Assembly (NCBI GenBank): GCA_010909165.1
Contig: MU008171.1
Span: 1,240,001-1,304,000 of the forward strand
DNA length: 64,000 nt
DNA from: Anthoceros angustus
Lineage: Eukaryota > Plantae > Anthocerotophyta
Reading direction: 5' to 3'
Under the pieces are notes generated by a model that saw only the letters and a list, made by a program, of their open reading frames with translations, was not told where the DNA came from and made no database searches. Below are positions 37,901-49,417 of the stretch, piece by piece; positions within the stretch are counted from its first letter, which is position 1; every line of letters begins with the position of its first letter. Both the position numbers and the translations under genes were made by a program.

Positions 37901-39960
37901 CCCGAGCAAAGCCGGAAGGAGCATGGCCACGGGGCATCTTGCCATGGAGAGCATGTTTTCGCGAGTGATTTCACGGCAGCAAGGACCCTGGTGAAGCACA
38001 TTTATTCCAAAGAAACCACGCATTCCCGCGAGGAGCGGCCCGTGGGGAAAGGCAAGCGAAAACCCTCGCTCAAGAGCGAAAGCGTGCATTGGCACTTCCT
38101 CCACGCATTGGGGCCGTTGTCTGCGTGCCGTCGACTCGATGGCGCGACCGAGGCGCTTTTGACATGGTTGGAGGCGGGGTTCTTTCGGGGAGGTGGGCAA
38201 GCATGGAAGACTACAATGACCTCCGCGCTATGGTGTTTGGTCCCGAATCAAGGTAACTACTTACGCGGTTTGGACACGATGGGGTACCACTATCGCACTA
38301 AGGAATCGATGCAAATCGGTCAACAGATAGTTGGGTTTTGGCACATTCGACATGGAGGACCAGCCGGTTGATTTTACGGGCAAGTGGATGGGATATTCGA
38401 TGTTGCTTTCGAGGCGGACTTTCCCGCCGTCCTCGTGATCCGGTGGTTTCGGCGAATTCACACCAACCCTGCTCTATGGGCCCGGATTGCGGTGGGTTTA
38501 CCGCAATCGATACAAGGCGCTTGTACCGTTATCGGCGAGACCATAAGACCGGCCTTCACATTCCGTCACGCAGCGGGCATTGGCACATCCGGATGTGGGG
38601 AGGCGGGGGTTGGTACATTTGCACCCTGTTCCTTCCAAATGGGATTTCTTACTAGAAAGGGATGAAGACACACCGTAGACAAGCTGAGCAAATGCATCAT
38701 TATGGCGATTACGAATAAGGCACTCAGGCCCGCAAAATTGCGACTCCGGGACCGAGCGCTCTTCTTATCACTCCTTGGGCGGGTGGTGTGCCCGGCCGTG
38801 ATTGCTGCTGCAAATGATGCCGTGAGCTCGGCCGCCCGATTAAATGCAGCGCAATCAAAGGTTGTCTCTGCGATCGGCGGTGCTCCCCATGAAACCCGTG
38901 GATCGCTCTGCACGAGCAGACGAGTGAGTGGACGTAATTTGGCAAGGATGCGTGATCCGGTGGTTTCGGCGAATTCACACCTCTATGGGCCCGGATTGCG
39001 GTGGGTTTACCGCGATCGATACAAGGCGCTTGTACCGGCGAGACCATAAGACCGGCCTTCACATTCCGTCACGTGCACGCATTGGCACATCCGGATGTGG
39101 GGAGGCGGGGGTTGGTACATTTGCACCCTGCTCCTTCCAAATGGGATTTCTTACTAGAAAGGGATGAAGACACACCGTAGACAAGCGTGAGCAAATGCAT
39201 CATTATGGAAATCGATTAATAAGGCACTCGGTGGCCCGCAAAATTGCGACTCCGGGACCGAGCGCTCTTCTTGTCACTCCTTGGGCGGGTGGCGTGGTGC
39301 CCGGCCGTGATTGCTGCAAATGATGCACCGTGTCGAGCTGCCCCGCCCCGATTAAATGCAGCGCAATCAAAGGTTGTCTCTGCGATCGGCGGTGCTCCCC
39401 ATGAAACCCGTGGATCGCTCTGCACGAGCAGACGAGTGAGTGGACGTAATTTGGCAAGGATGCGTGATCCGGTGGTTTCGGCGAATTCACACCTCTATGG
39501 GCCCGGATTGCGGTGGGTTTACCGCGATCGATACAAGGCGCTTGTACCGGCGAGACCATAAGACCGGCCTTCACATTCCGTCACGTGCACGCATTGGCAC
39601 ATCCGGATGTGGGGAGGCGGGGGTTGGTACATTTGCACCCTGCTCCTTCCAAATGGGATTTCTTACTAGAAAGGGATGAAGACACACCGTAGACAAGCGT
39701 GAGCAAATGCATCATTATGGCGATTACGAATAAGGCACTCGGTGGCCCGCAAAATTGCGACTCGGGACCCCGAGCGCTCTTATCACTCCTTGGGCGGGTG
39801 GTCATGGGTGCCGCCGTGATTGCGCAAATGATGCACGTGAGCTCGGCCCCGCGATTAAATGCAGCGGCAATCAAAGGTTGTCTCTGCGATCGGCGGTGCT
39901 CCCCATGAAACCCGTGGATTTCGAGCCTGCAGCGTGAGTGAGTGGACGTAATTTGGCAAG
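28960..39960 (+). pseudogene. CACTA TnpD (Transposase_21) remnants in several overlapping partial copies
   Basis: VLCQCPRC (transposase-associated domain), LQERFKISDSAMTAIFQLL, IRLGISTDGFN, YSIWPVF, PKQVKNLDVYLPLMEELASLW, DVMHT, LKSHDWH, and DUF4216-like FYGQVDGIFDVAF / GPFTFPRHVQQ. Frameshifted and repeated. Confidence 0.85.
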
Positions 39961-40399
39961 GATGCGATCCGGTCGCATTAATGGCTATTGCTCCGTGTTG
40001 CTTGGGCGATTCGTGGACTCGAGATGAAAATGCTAACAATATGCAATGGAACGCCAACAATATGCAATTGGATCTAGTGAACCACGACCATTGCACTCGG
40101 AAGGGCCACACAAAATGAGCCCGCCTCGGGCGACCCAAAACCCGCCGCAAGGATGCTACACTAAACTACGCGGGTCCCGACCAATCAAGCGACACACAAA
40201 AGTGTTCATGGCTGGATGAAGCTCAAGCTCGTCTTCCTACCCAAACAAGAAATCGGTGGCATTCCCACGGCGCACTTCCACTTCAAGCGGGAGGTGCAAG
40301 GCGGTTAGCCGAACATGAAAGCGAGCAGATCCCACAATCAAGGCATGCCCTTTATAGCACCCATGCAATGGCAACATCGCACGATAAGGTCACAAGCCT

Positions 40400-43300
40400 C
40401 GAGTATATGGAAGGTACCGCTGCTCGCCGAAAGTCGACGTATGCCACAAAATGCTCGAGCCATTGTACACGAAACGCAATTCGAGCAAACCCCACTACCC
40501 ATTTGCGATCGACCGACTTCTTCATAAGAGCCAATTTCCCTTCCCTTGCACGCACGACAAAGAACGACAGAGCGTTCGTGCCCGCCACGCCGCATGATGG
40601 CTCCCACACCGCCCATAGTGCGGTGCAACATCCGCCACCCTCATCCGTTTCACCCGTATTCACCCAGAAACCCGCAAATCCTCCTCCGCCCACGGTGATG
40701 GCGGCGCGTGCTCTCCTCCCCAAAGGCGGGCTCCGGCTCCACGCGGATATCAAATCGGCTCAAACTCGTGGCGCTTGAACATCAAGGTGAGCGCTTGGGT
40801 CCCTACCTCCACAACCATCGCCATGTTCTTCGATTCTCATTCTTTCGCATCTCACCCAGATGTCCACTATGAATTCACGAGTTCTTTAGCGCTCCAACAC
40901 GCCGCTTCCCCACTGATGGCACCCAACCCACCACGGCCTTCTATCTGCCTCTCGCCGCACAAGCCCAGGGCCTCCGTCGTAATGGGACAGTTGGGCCCAA
41001 TGGTATTCCTTCATCGTCGACAGAAAGCCAGGCGGCTCGACAAGCTGCATCGACCACTTACCGGGTGTCTCCAAGAAAACTCCTAGTCGATCGACGTCCC
41101 CTAAGCGGAATGCTTGGGCAACAACATAGTCACCGACTGAGAGGAGTGGGGCATGATTCCAAGACCAGATGGGCTTCGCTGGGAGGCGGGCATCTTGCAT
41201 CTCCTTCCGTCGCTTTGTGAGGCTCCACATAGCAGGACACATAATCGGTGAGGGGCTTACCACCACCGCCATCGAGGAGCACGCCGATCCCGGGGTTCTT
41301 GGGCAACCCAATTGCAAATCCATCCGGCTGTCCGACATGAGGGGCGTGAAGTGTTTGAGCGGAAGATGCCACAACGAATTCTTGGAATGATTCGAAAACG
41401 AGCCGTAGTGGTGGATGTAGACCCGGAATGCGTGTCAATCCCACAGGGCGTGGTTTAAGCGGGCGGAATATTCTGGCCTTGAAGAATATCTCCTCGTCCG
41501 TAAACCCCATCACGTCGGCGTAATCGACCTTCTGGACATGGTCTCGACGGCCCGCCAATCGTGATGTCGGCGTCTCCACCAACAAGCGCGAGTACATGTC
41601 CGTCCTTCGATGACAAGCTCGAGTACATGGCCATTGGGCGACTTTTGACACCAATTCTCATCAGCTTGTTGGCGTGTGAAGGGGTGGTGGTGGTTGGTGT
41701 CTTAATAGAAAACCTCGCAGCAATGCTCATCTGAAGGATGCCATGGACTCGCAGGCATCCGTCCCGAGTTTTGCCCTCAACTGGTCAGAAGAGCCGGCCT
41801 TGGTCAGTGGGTCGCCTCGGAGGAGCCCGGCACATTCCCCGTCGTATACCACAACAGAGTTGGTAACGGGGCAGGAGCAAGCCACGTCGATGGCCAGCTC
41901 TCAAATGGCCACAATAGATGATGGTGGAAACCTTGGGAGGGAACTCGATGATGCACAATAGGCGTTGAGCATGACTCCATGGTTTGGTCGTCTGTCGCTG
42001 TATGGATCGCTTGAATATGTATACCCATGAGGTGTTGCGATCATACGGTGCCCGCAATGCATGCACTTGGGGTGAAATTGCGGATTGAAGCAATGGGAAG
42101 CGAAGTGATGGTAATAAAGGCGGGATGTTAGAGCTTCCACGACGGTAGCCCTTGTCGCAATTCATTGTTAATCCATGTCGGCCCAAGCGTGCCACCCTTG
42201 TAATCATCGCTTATAAGACAACCTTCGATGTTTGAAGGCGGCGGGTCGGGTCCTCTTTGGTTACTTAGACCCACCATTTGCAAGACAATCAGAATGCGTA
42301 TGTAACGGCAATTGATAGACCCTACAGTTCCTGCAAGCCAATGTCGAAGGAGACATTGCGGCGCGATGGCGGTGGGAACGACAAGCGTAACGGCAAGCGG
42401 CGGAAATGGGTGCCGCGTGCTTGCGAGTGGGTGTGATCGAAACCGCACTACGCCGCAAACGCGTGGATGGTGGCGCCATCACCGTGCAAGGATGGGCAGC
42501 GCGGCTCATGCCGAGGTGCCCGACCGACAATGTCCGATGCCCGTACGCGGTACAGAACCGCTTTTAGCCTAGTGGCAACTTGAACGGAGCGTGATGGACC
42601 GAAGGCGCAAAAGGGTTGCGCCCGACAAAGCGGACATGGTGGCGGGCCCACACCAATGTTCTGGCGGCTTTCGATTGGACCCGACTGTGTGCAATGACGT
42701 AGGTGGGTAGACGGCGCTGCACCAAGGCATTGGAGGGCTGGTGAATAGTCAAGGACGTTAGTGTTCAAAGCTGGGCGTGATTGTAGCATCCGCCGTTGTT
42801 TAAACATGATCTACACCGCTTCTTTCTCTTACATGTGTAATGTTCACACAGATTGGCTATGTCCAAGGACATCCACAGACTGGCCTCGGACACCTGCGAA
42901 GGTTGTCCAGCAGGTCGAGTCCACATAGGCTGACGTTACCGCATTCTGCTGGACAGCAATCCGGCATGTCACCCTCACGGAAGGAGACCACGTATACTTC
43001 TAAAGGGGGGTGGACGGACACTGAGGAGGGACTTGCAAGATGGGAGGATGATGAAGGAGACCGCAATGTGGGTGTCAATGACAACAACGAGTATGGACTC
43101 ACGGACATGCGGAGGAGGACAAATCTGATGACGACCTCCACCAATGGCATGGCGAAGAGCATGGACAGTTACACTCAACCACTCCACCGCCTGTGGAAGG
43201 AGGCCGCCTGTCCGACTTGATAAGGCCTCGCCCGCCTGCGGAGGTCATCCAGCAGCTGATCGAAGTTCATGGTGCTCGCCTGATTATTCGTCTTTGTGCA

Positions 43301-44600
43301 GAGGCCGCGAAAGGTGGGCAGACATGTCCTGTGACAGGCGGTGTCACCGGCGGGGAAAAGAGCTGTCTGGAGAAGAGAATTCAAGAACTGGTTACCACAA
43401 AGCTCACTTTTCTAAAGTGTTGGACCAAGCACCCACCGGAGATGCGCCTGAGTGGTGGACTGTAGCCGTGGAGTTTCCACCACGTAATAGAGAGGTGATC
43501 AAGACAAAATTCTCCAATGCGTGCGAGCAAAGAACTACAACTCCTCAAGAAAGTGAAGGAAGGAGCTTGGATTATGCGGACACGAGGGACCAGAGCAGGG
43601 CTGATCGCGCTCGAGGTCACGCAGAAGCATGGTGGTCGCTATTGAGTGGGGTGTTGAGCGATGAACGTGGGAATGGTTCTTGGTCGAGGTGCCCGCAGAT
43701 GACCGCTGGAAACCGAATGGCGAAGCATGGAATCGCCAACCAACTTGTTTGGCGAGGAGGTACCGACTTCAAAGCGGATCCGAATATGTGGGGAGGACCC
43801 AAACTTGGAGGAAACCAAATGGGGAGTACTGCATGGGGTTGAGGAAATGCCAATTTTGGGCCGCTAATGGAATCCGCAGAGGTGAGGTGGTTTTCAAATA
43901 GTTTTGCATCGATTGATTAGTGGTAAGGCGCTTGTGTTCTCACCGGTGGATTCCATGTATTGTGCTTTTAGGTGATGTTCACATGGGAAGACATGGACCA
44001 CAACAGACAACGAAAGAGACGCCAAGCGCATGAAGGTAAGAGCTTGGCTTTCATGAGCAGTGTCCTTTGGAAGATAGAAAGGATGTGAATCGGTGATCCG
44101 GTGTCTTAGAACTATCCGCTTGAATATATGCGCTTTGTTTCCTTGCGTGCAGGGTAGACTGGCCTCCATCGACCTCGCCCTATCAGCGGAGGCCCCCAAC
44201 GAACTGTGAGAATGACAAGGAGGCGGTGGGATTCCATGTATTGTGCTTTTAGGTGATGTTCACATGGGAAGACATGGACGCAGCAGACAACGAAAGTAGC
44301 GCATGAAGGTAAGAGCTTGGCTTTCATGAGATGTCCTTTGGAAGATAGAAAGGATGTGAATCGGTGATCTGGTGTCTTAGAACTATCCGCTGAATATATG
44401 CGCTTTGTTTCCTTGCGGCGGTGGTAGACTGGCCTCCATCGACCTCGTCCTATCAGCGGAGGCCCCCAACGAACTGTGAGAATGACAAGGAGGGCGGTGC
44501 GGATGGCAATGCATTAGCCGGTGTGGAGGCAATAACGAAGTGAGCCGCTCTCGCGCCATTGTGGCTACGGTCGGGGAAGAGGAAGGATGGCGGAGTGTCA
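40400..44600 (-). pseudogene. Second, divergent TnpD-like remnant in opposite orientation
   Basis: Minus-strand pieces in TnpD order: HVFPCEHH, HIRIRFEVG, HALRAPYDRNTSWVYIFKR (cf. GPV..RWMY.FER), GFAIGLPKNPGIGV and WLSVDDEG. Heavily frameshifted. Confidence 0.45.
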
Positions 44601-44649
44601 ACAGGCCTAAGCACGCAAAGAAGGGAATGCTTCATTGGCGGGCAATTTT

Positions 44650-45110
44650 AGGATTTTCGACTAGGCATCAGGGATATATGGACAACCGGCGCCACCATTG
44701 AACATGGGAAGGCGGTTTGTGAACAATCCAGTACATGACCGATCGAAAGGTTTGGCTTGCTCGAGGCAGGAGTAAAGATGGTAACTACTTTATGGTAGTC
44801 GCATGAAGGGAAAAACAGTCGACGCCCACCATTATGGTTCCAACGAACAAGGATAATTATATACATAAAATTATGATACTCATCATGTTGTTTCTTAATT
44901 TGTCTTATGATCGAAAGTGGATTTGGAGAACACAAAAAATATGCATTACCATTGATCAAATCTGCATGCTTATAACCCTGAACCCCGCCAACCTCATTCA
45001 AATACATGCCTGAACAGCACGCAGGACAAACGTACATGGCATGAAGTGGATGCAGTACCTGGACTTACCCGGACATGCGCGGATGGCATGACGCACGGCC
45101 AGACTGGAGC
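44650..45110 (+). pseudogene. DUF4216-like TnpD C-terminal fragment near the right CACTA end
   Basis: KDGNYF and DNYIHKIMILIMLFLNLSYDRKW resemble the + strand region near 36540-36900. Confidence 0.35.
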
Positions 45111-46784
45111 GTAAGGAGAAGGCATGGCATATATGCGCCTGTACAGCAAAGCGTACCGGCGATGTGTCAGAAGTGTCGGGGCCCGGGTGGCGTGGGTGGG
45201 AGGGAGCTAACGGACGTGTCTTCATCGCGGTCGCCGTTCGGGGCTGCGGATGGGACGTTAACGGAACTAGACGGCGTGCGGCCGGCAGGGCAGCGAATGG
45301 ACAACGGCGCGACGAGCTTGCCATGGTCGTCAAAGGGTAATCCTGCCCCGCGACCGCAACGGCCTCGACCCTGGGCCAGGGCACGTCATACATTCTCGCG
45401 AACACGTTTTCAATATGACGACATTTAACACAAAAACCCTGCCATCCCGCCCTGTCATTTCTCAGCCGAATTTGTCTTACCGTCATCATAAAACCTGTCA
45501 TAAACCCTTGCATTTTGTAGTAGTGGAAGAAACACACTTGTGTGCACTATGGACAGCCAAAAATACGCAGGGGGACTAGGAGGAGCGGGTGGCGGAGGAC
45601 GGACAGTAGTGGATCACCCAGTGACCATGGTGGGCGGGGGCAAAAGGCCAGAACGAACATGAGGCGGATGTCGAGGGGAGAGAGAATGAAGGAGGACTAA
45701 GAGGGCAACATGCGTGCGCTTGATATCGCAAAGGCCGCATAGATGGAGGCCGGGGGACAGACGGGGGACGCTGCAGAACATGGACGCAGCAGAGAGGTGT
45801 CAAGAGGACGATGTGCCTAATTTCGTGCAGACACATACCTTGCAGCCTCGGATGCCGAGAGCATGGACACATAGTGGAGCCTCTGAGGCAACGCCACCGT
45901 GATAAAGGGTGGAGGCCGAAGAGGAAAACGGAGGAGGAGTAGAGGCGGCGGTGGTGGGCGAGTGACAAGGGCAGGGCTGATACCGGAAGAAGGAGGACGG
46001 AAGAGGAAAATGTCCAGCAAGAAGGCGTAAGAAAAGAGGAGGGACCGGAGGGAAGGTAAGGCAAATGGATAGCTTCTTTGTGGAAACCCATTAACGCTGG
46101 ATAACTCATGATGGCCATGCTGGTTTGTATGTGCAATGTGTACTGCGAGGCGAGGGAGGAAGTGGCAAAGCTTGCCTACCAACGCAAGTGAGGGAAGAAG
46201 AAAATTGCGAATCGAACGGGAGGCGGAAGTTTCGAGGTGCATACGATGATGAGTAGGAAGTGCCTTACATGGAGGCAGAAAAGCATAAGCCAGCGCATAC
46301 CAAATCTCCTCCACACAGCACAATCTTGTAGGGGCATAACCTCACAGTGATGCGTCACAATAAGGTGATAGGCGGGGACAATATCTTCTTGGGCGCCATG
46401 GCAGAAAGCCGATGGCTATTGTTGACGTGGGAAGGACAAATCGCAAGCCGGCATGCTATAAAGTAGGGGTATAAAGGGCCATCGCTATTTACACGTATAG
46501 TAAATACAAAGTATCGTACCATGAATATATACGAGACCGATTAATATATGTCATAATATACAAACTTATTTTATATGAAATTGAATACGCCGTATAGCAC
46601 TTAGAATAATACATTACATTTATCACGTAGACTACATGCATATAGTACAAGGATGTATTGATACGTATTTGTATATGGTCGTATTGAAGGGCGACGGTGG
46701 TAACTACCAAGTAAAGCGTGGTATTTCAAAGGGCAAAAGTAAAGGGCAATGGTGGATGGGGAGGAGGTTCGGTACCAAGCCTCC

Positions 46785-46816
46785 AAAGTGTTACAAGACC
46801 TCTCTTGTAACACTTT
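46785..46816. other. Perfect 14-bp stem hairpin in the right subterminal region of the outer TIR element
   Basis: AAAGTGTTACAAGA-cctc-TCTTGTAACACTTT. Confidence 0.9.
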
Positions 46817-47054
46817 AGATGTTGCAATCATGTTGCAATTTTGAGAGAGGGCAAAACCACCTCACTTCATCTTAACATAATTGCAACACCATTGCAACAT
46901 GATTGCAACAACAGCCGTGGTATGGTTTCCAAGCCAAAGTGTAACAAGGGGCCCAAAAAGTGTTACATGACCCCAAAATTGCAACATGAGTGTTACATCC
47001 AGGGGTCCAAATCTTAACATAAAGTGTAACATAGGGTGCCCATTTCTAGTAGAG

Positions 47055-47900
47055 CTAATGGATAACAGATTCTTAGTCATTTCAGGGACAAAAAGCATAT
47101 CTTCAAGACATAAATAAGACCCATCCAGAAGAGGCACTGTCCCAATCCCTTTTACCTCCACTCCAGGAGAATCTCCAACGTAGATTAACTCTGGTGTCCC
47201 CCGCTGCTTGTGGAGGGTGGAGAAAAGCTGGCAATTGTTGCAGACATGTGTTGTAGCACCCGAATCAACAAACCACAAGGAAGATGTCTCTTTAGAAGAA
47301 GTAAGATAGAATGTAAGGATAGTGCTGCTGTTGCTAGGGGCCAGCCCAAGAATCTTTAGATGTCACATGTGCCTCCGTACATGCATTTTTCTTAGGCTTC
47401 ATGACTTTCTTTTTTCTGTAGTCTCGCTCCCAGTGTCCAGGAATGAGATACCAGTTACAACTGCCTTGGCATTTAGAAGGAGCAGATGTAGAGGGGCCAG
47501 CATAGAATTCATCCCTTGCAACTACACGAATTAGAATGTTGCGGACTTGATAAGTGGCTTTCAGCTGGCTCCAGACAATAGCAGATGTAGATAAAGCTTC
47601 AATCTCTGTAACACTTGTTTGATGCAAGCCAGAAAGAAGAATGGCGAATGCTATCTTGTTTTCCTTCTTCCATTTATCAATTTAATCTGTAATGATCCAA
47701 ACAGACGAGACAAGGGACTGGACGCAACATCAGTAGGGCTGAACTGGGTCAAGGAACAAATAGCATAGTACCAATGAAGAGATTGATTCACCACGCTTCA
47801 AATTGAGGTTCCTAGTCAATCTCCATCGCGGTCATGACGTAGCCCTTTAGATCTTGCAAGGATCACCGTGAGGATAGTGAGCATTGCTCACATGATGGGC
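47055..47900 (-). pseudogene. Copia gag and protease remnant, 5' part
   Basis: DKWKEENKIAFAILLSGLHQTSVTEIEALSTSAIVWSQLKATY (gag), a degenerate zinc knuckle CQGSCNWYLIPGHWERDY, protease WFVDSGATTHVCN, ending at MTKNLLSI. Confidence 0.88.
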
Positions 47901-48549
47901 GCAGGCTCGGGAGATATGTAGCAAACACATGATCTCGTACTCAGACTCCAACCCGTGTGCGCCCAAGATGTAAGATCAAATAACTAACTGCTGCGCCAAC
48001 ATCCGCCACCAAATTATCAACAACAGCAATTCTATCAGCCGAGTGAGTAAGCAATCGTTGAGTAAGATGCTCCAACGATTAAAGGCGAATCTCCAGGGCT
48101 TGAATGCATCTAGCCAGAATCTGCGGAACCTCAATCGAGCCTGACTCCTGATTGCGTTGCTGAGTCTGAAGAATGCAGGGGCGTTGGAGTATTGGACGGT
48201 CGCGTGGCCACCCCAGGTCAGATCGCCAAATTGGTAATGCAGACCGCCTCCGGATATTGATGCGCTCAGCTTCAAATCGCTGATGCCTAAGAGCCTGCCT
48301 GCTTAAGCCTTGTGTCATAAGCTCCTCAGGATCCGTCCTCTCCTACGCGCCATAGCAATCTCGTATGCAATATCATCTAGGAATTTTCATTAGCAATAAT
48401 AGGAGATACTAAATGTGTTCTGAGTGTAGGCGATAACTAGAGATTAAGCATCCAAATACACATTTTTCAAAGTAAAAAATGCGTATTATGTGCCTGAGCC
48501 ACTACCTAACGCCAATAGCCAAGACACATAGCCTAGGAACCTACGCTAG

Positions 48550-48561
48550 GCTCTGATACCA
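48550..48561 (-). promoter_or_regulatory. Primer-binding site (tRNA-iMet) of the copia element
   Basis: GCTCTGATACCA is the reverse complement of TGGTATCAGAGC and abuts the LTR. Confidence 0.92.
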
Positions 48562-48707
48562 TGATAAGCTGCGAAAGCGCTCATAGTCACACAAAAGTAT
48601 GCTCAAGAATAAATGAATTAATTAATTTGGTCCACAAAGACATAAAATTTATATGTAAGCAAAGTTTATGTAACCAATTGAGATAGGTCATATAAATAAC
48701 CCTAACA
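48562..48707 (-). repeat. 5' LTR of the copia element (146 bp)
   Basis: TGATAAGCTGCG...AACCCTAACA, followed by TSD CCTCT. Confidence 0.88.
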
Positions 48708-49006
48708 CCTCTTTCCAAAAAGGTCAAGATTAAGAGTTAAATAAAGGAAAAAGAGTCTGGGTGGAACCATTTTACAAAAGTACTAATTAGAAAAATGAGG
48801 AAGGAAAAGAAATAGTCACGTGGGTGACACTTTCCAAAGTGTATTACAGGGAATACCATCATTCAACATAAAAAGATCAACATCAGCTTCCTTAACCTTA
48901 ATCAATTACCAAGACCAGCCTATTCAACATGCATAACAATTCTTTGGAGGAAAAAGATTTCGATCAATTCCTCAACGTAAAGGATGATTAGCAGGAGGAT
49001 AGTTGC

Positions 49007-49417
49007 TTGGAATCAGAGCTTTATCTCAAAGAGACAACTCTAAACAAGATCAATAGGGATGCCCCCTTTAACTTGTTGGGACGATGGAAGCAGATCAGCT
49101 TGCATTTTCCTAAACGTGGAAATAGGGGTCGTGACATTTTGGTCATTCTCGCCACCACTGTTGCTTCTGAAGCAGCATTTAGCTTTGGAGGATATGTCAT
49201 TGATGATTATAGGAGCTCCCTGAGTCCAAGCACGATAGAAGTTCTAAAGTGTACTCAGAGTTGGCTTAAGATTGTATTTCAAATATTTTTACCAAAAACT
49301 GAAACTCATGCTCTTTCAATGTTTTAATATGGGTGGGCTGGGTTGGGCTGATTTGGTACATCATCAGGCTGGGTTGCCTTGGAAATTGGATGGGTTGCCA
49401 ACCCATCACTAGCCCTA
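49007..49417 (+). mobile_element. hAT transposon 3' fragment (dimerisation domain and putative terminus)
   Basis: SELYLKE, RDILVILATTVASEAAFSFGGYVIDDYRSSLSPSTIEVLKCTQSWL match the hAT C-terminal domain; GGGCTGGG subterminal motifs ending in ...CACTAGCCCTA at 49417. Confidence 0.85.

Larger units (their letters stand above)
28838..45525 (+). mobile_element. CACTA (En/Spm) transposon, 16,688 bp
   Basis: Perfect 13-bp TIR CACTACTACAAAA (28838-28850) and TTTTGTAGTAGTG (45513-45525); 3-bp TSD GAA on both sides; ATGAC/GTCAT subterminal repeats; Transposase_21 motifs inside. Confidence 0.93.
13378..47054. mobile_element. Large TIR DNA transposon (CACTA/En-Spm-like, C(C/T)CTA termini), 33,677 bp including nested inserts
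   Basis: 30-bp TIR with 2 mismatches: CCCTACTAGAAACGGGCACCCTATGTTACA versus the reverse complement of the right end, CTCTACTAGAAATGGGCACCCTATGTTACA. 3-bp TSD CTA at 13375-13377 and 47055-47057. TTGCAAC/TGTTACA subterminal repeats at both ends. Removing it restores the copia reading frame. Confidence 0.88.
7870..48707 (-). mobile_element. Ty1/copia LTR retrotransposon, decayed, with nested insertions
   Basis: Homologous TG...CA LTRs at 7870-8014 and 48562-48707; 5-bp TSD CCTCT at 7865-7869 and 48708-48712; Met PBS next to the right LTR; gag, protease and integrase remnants on the minus strand; no RT/RNaseH seen. Confidence 0.88.
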
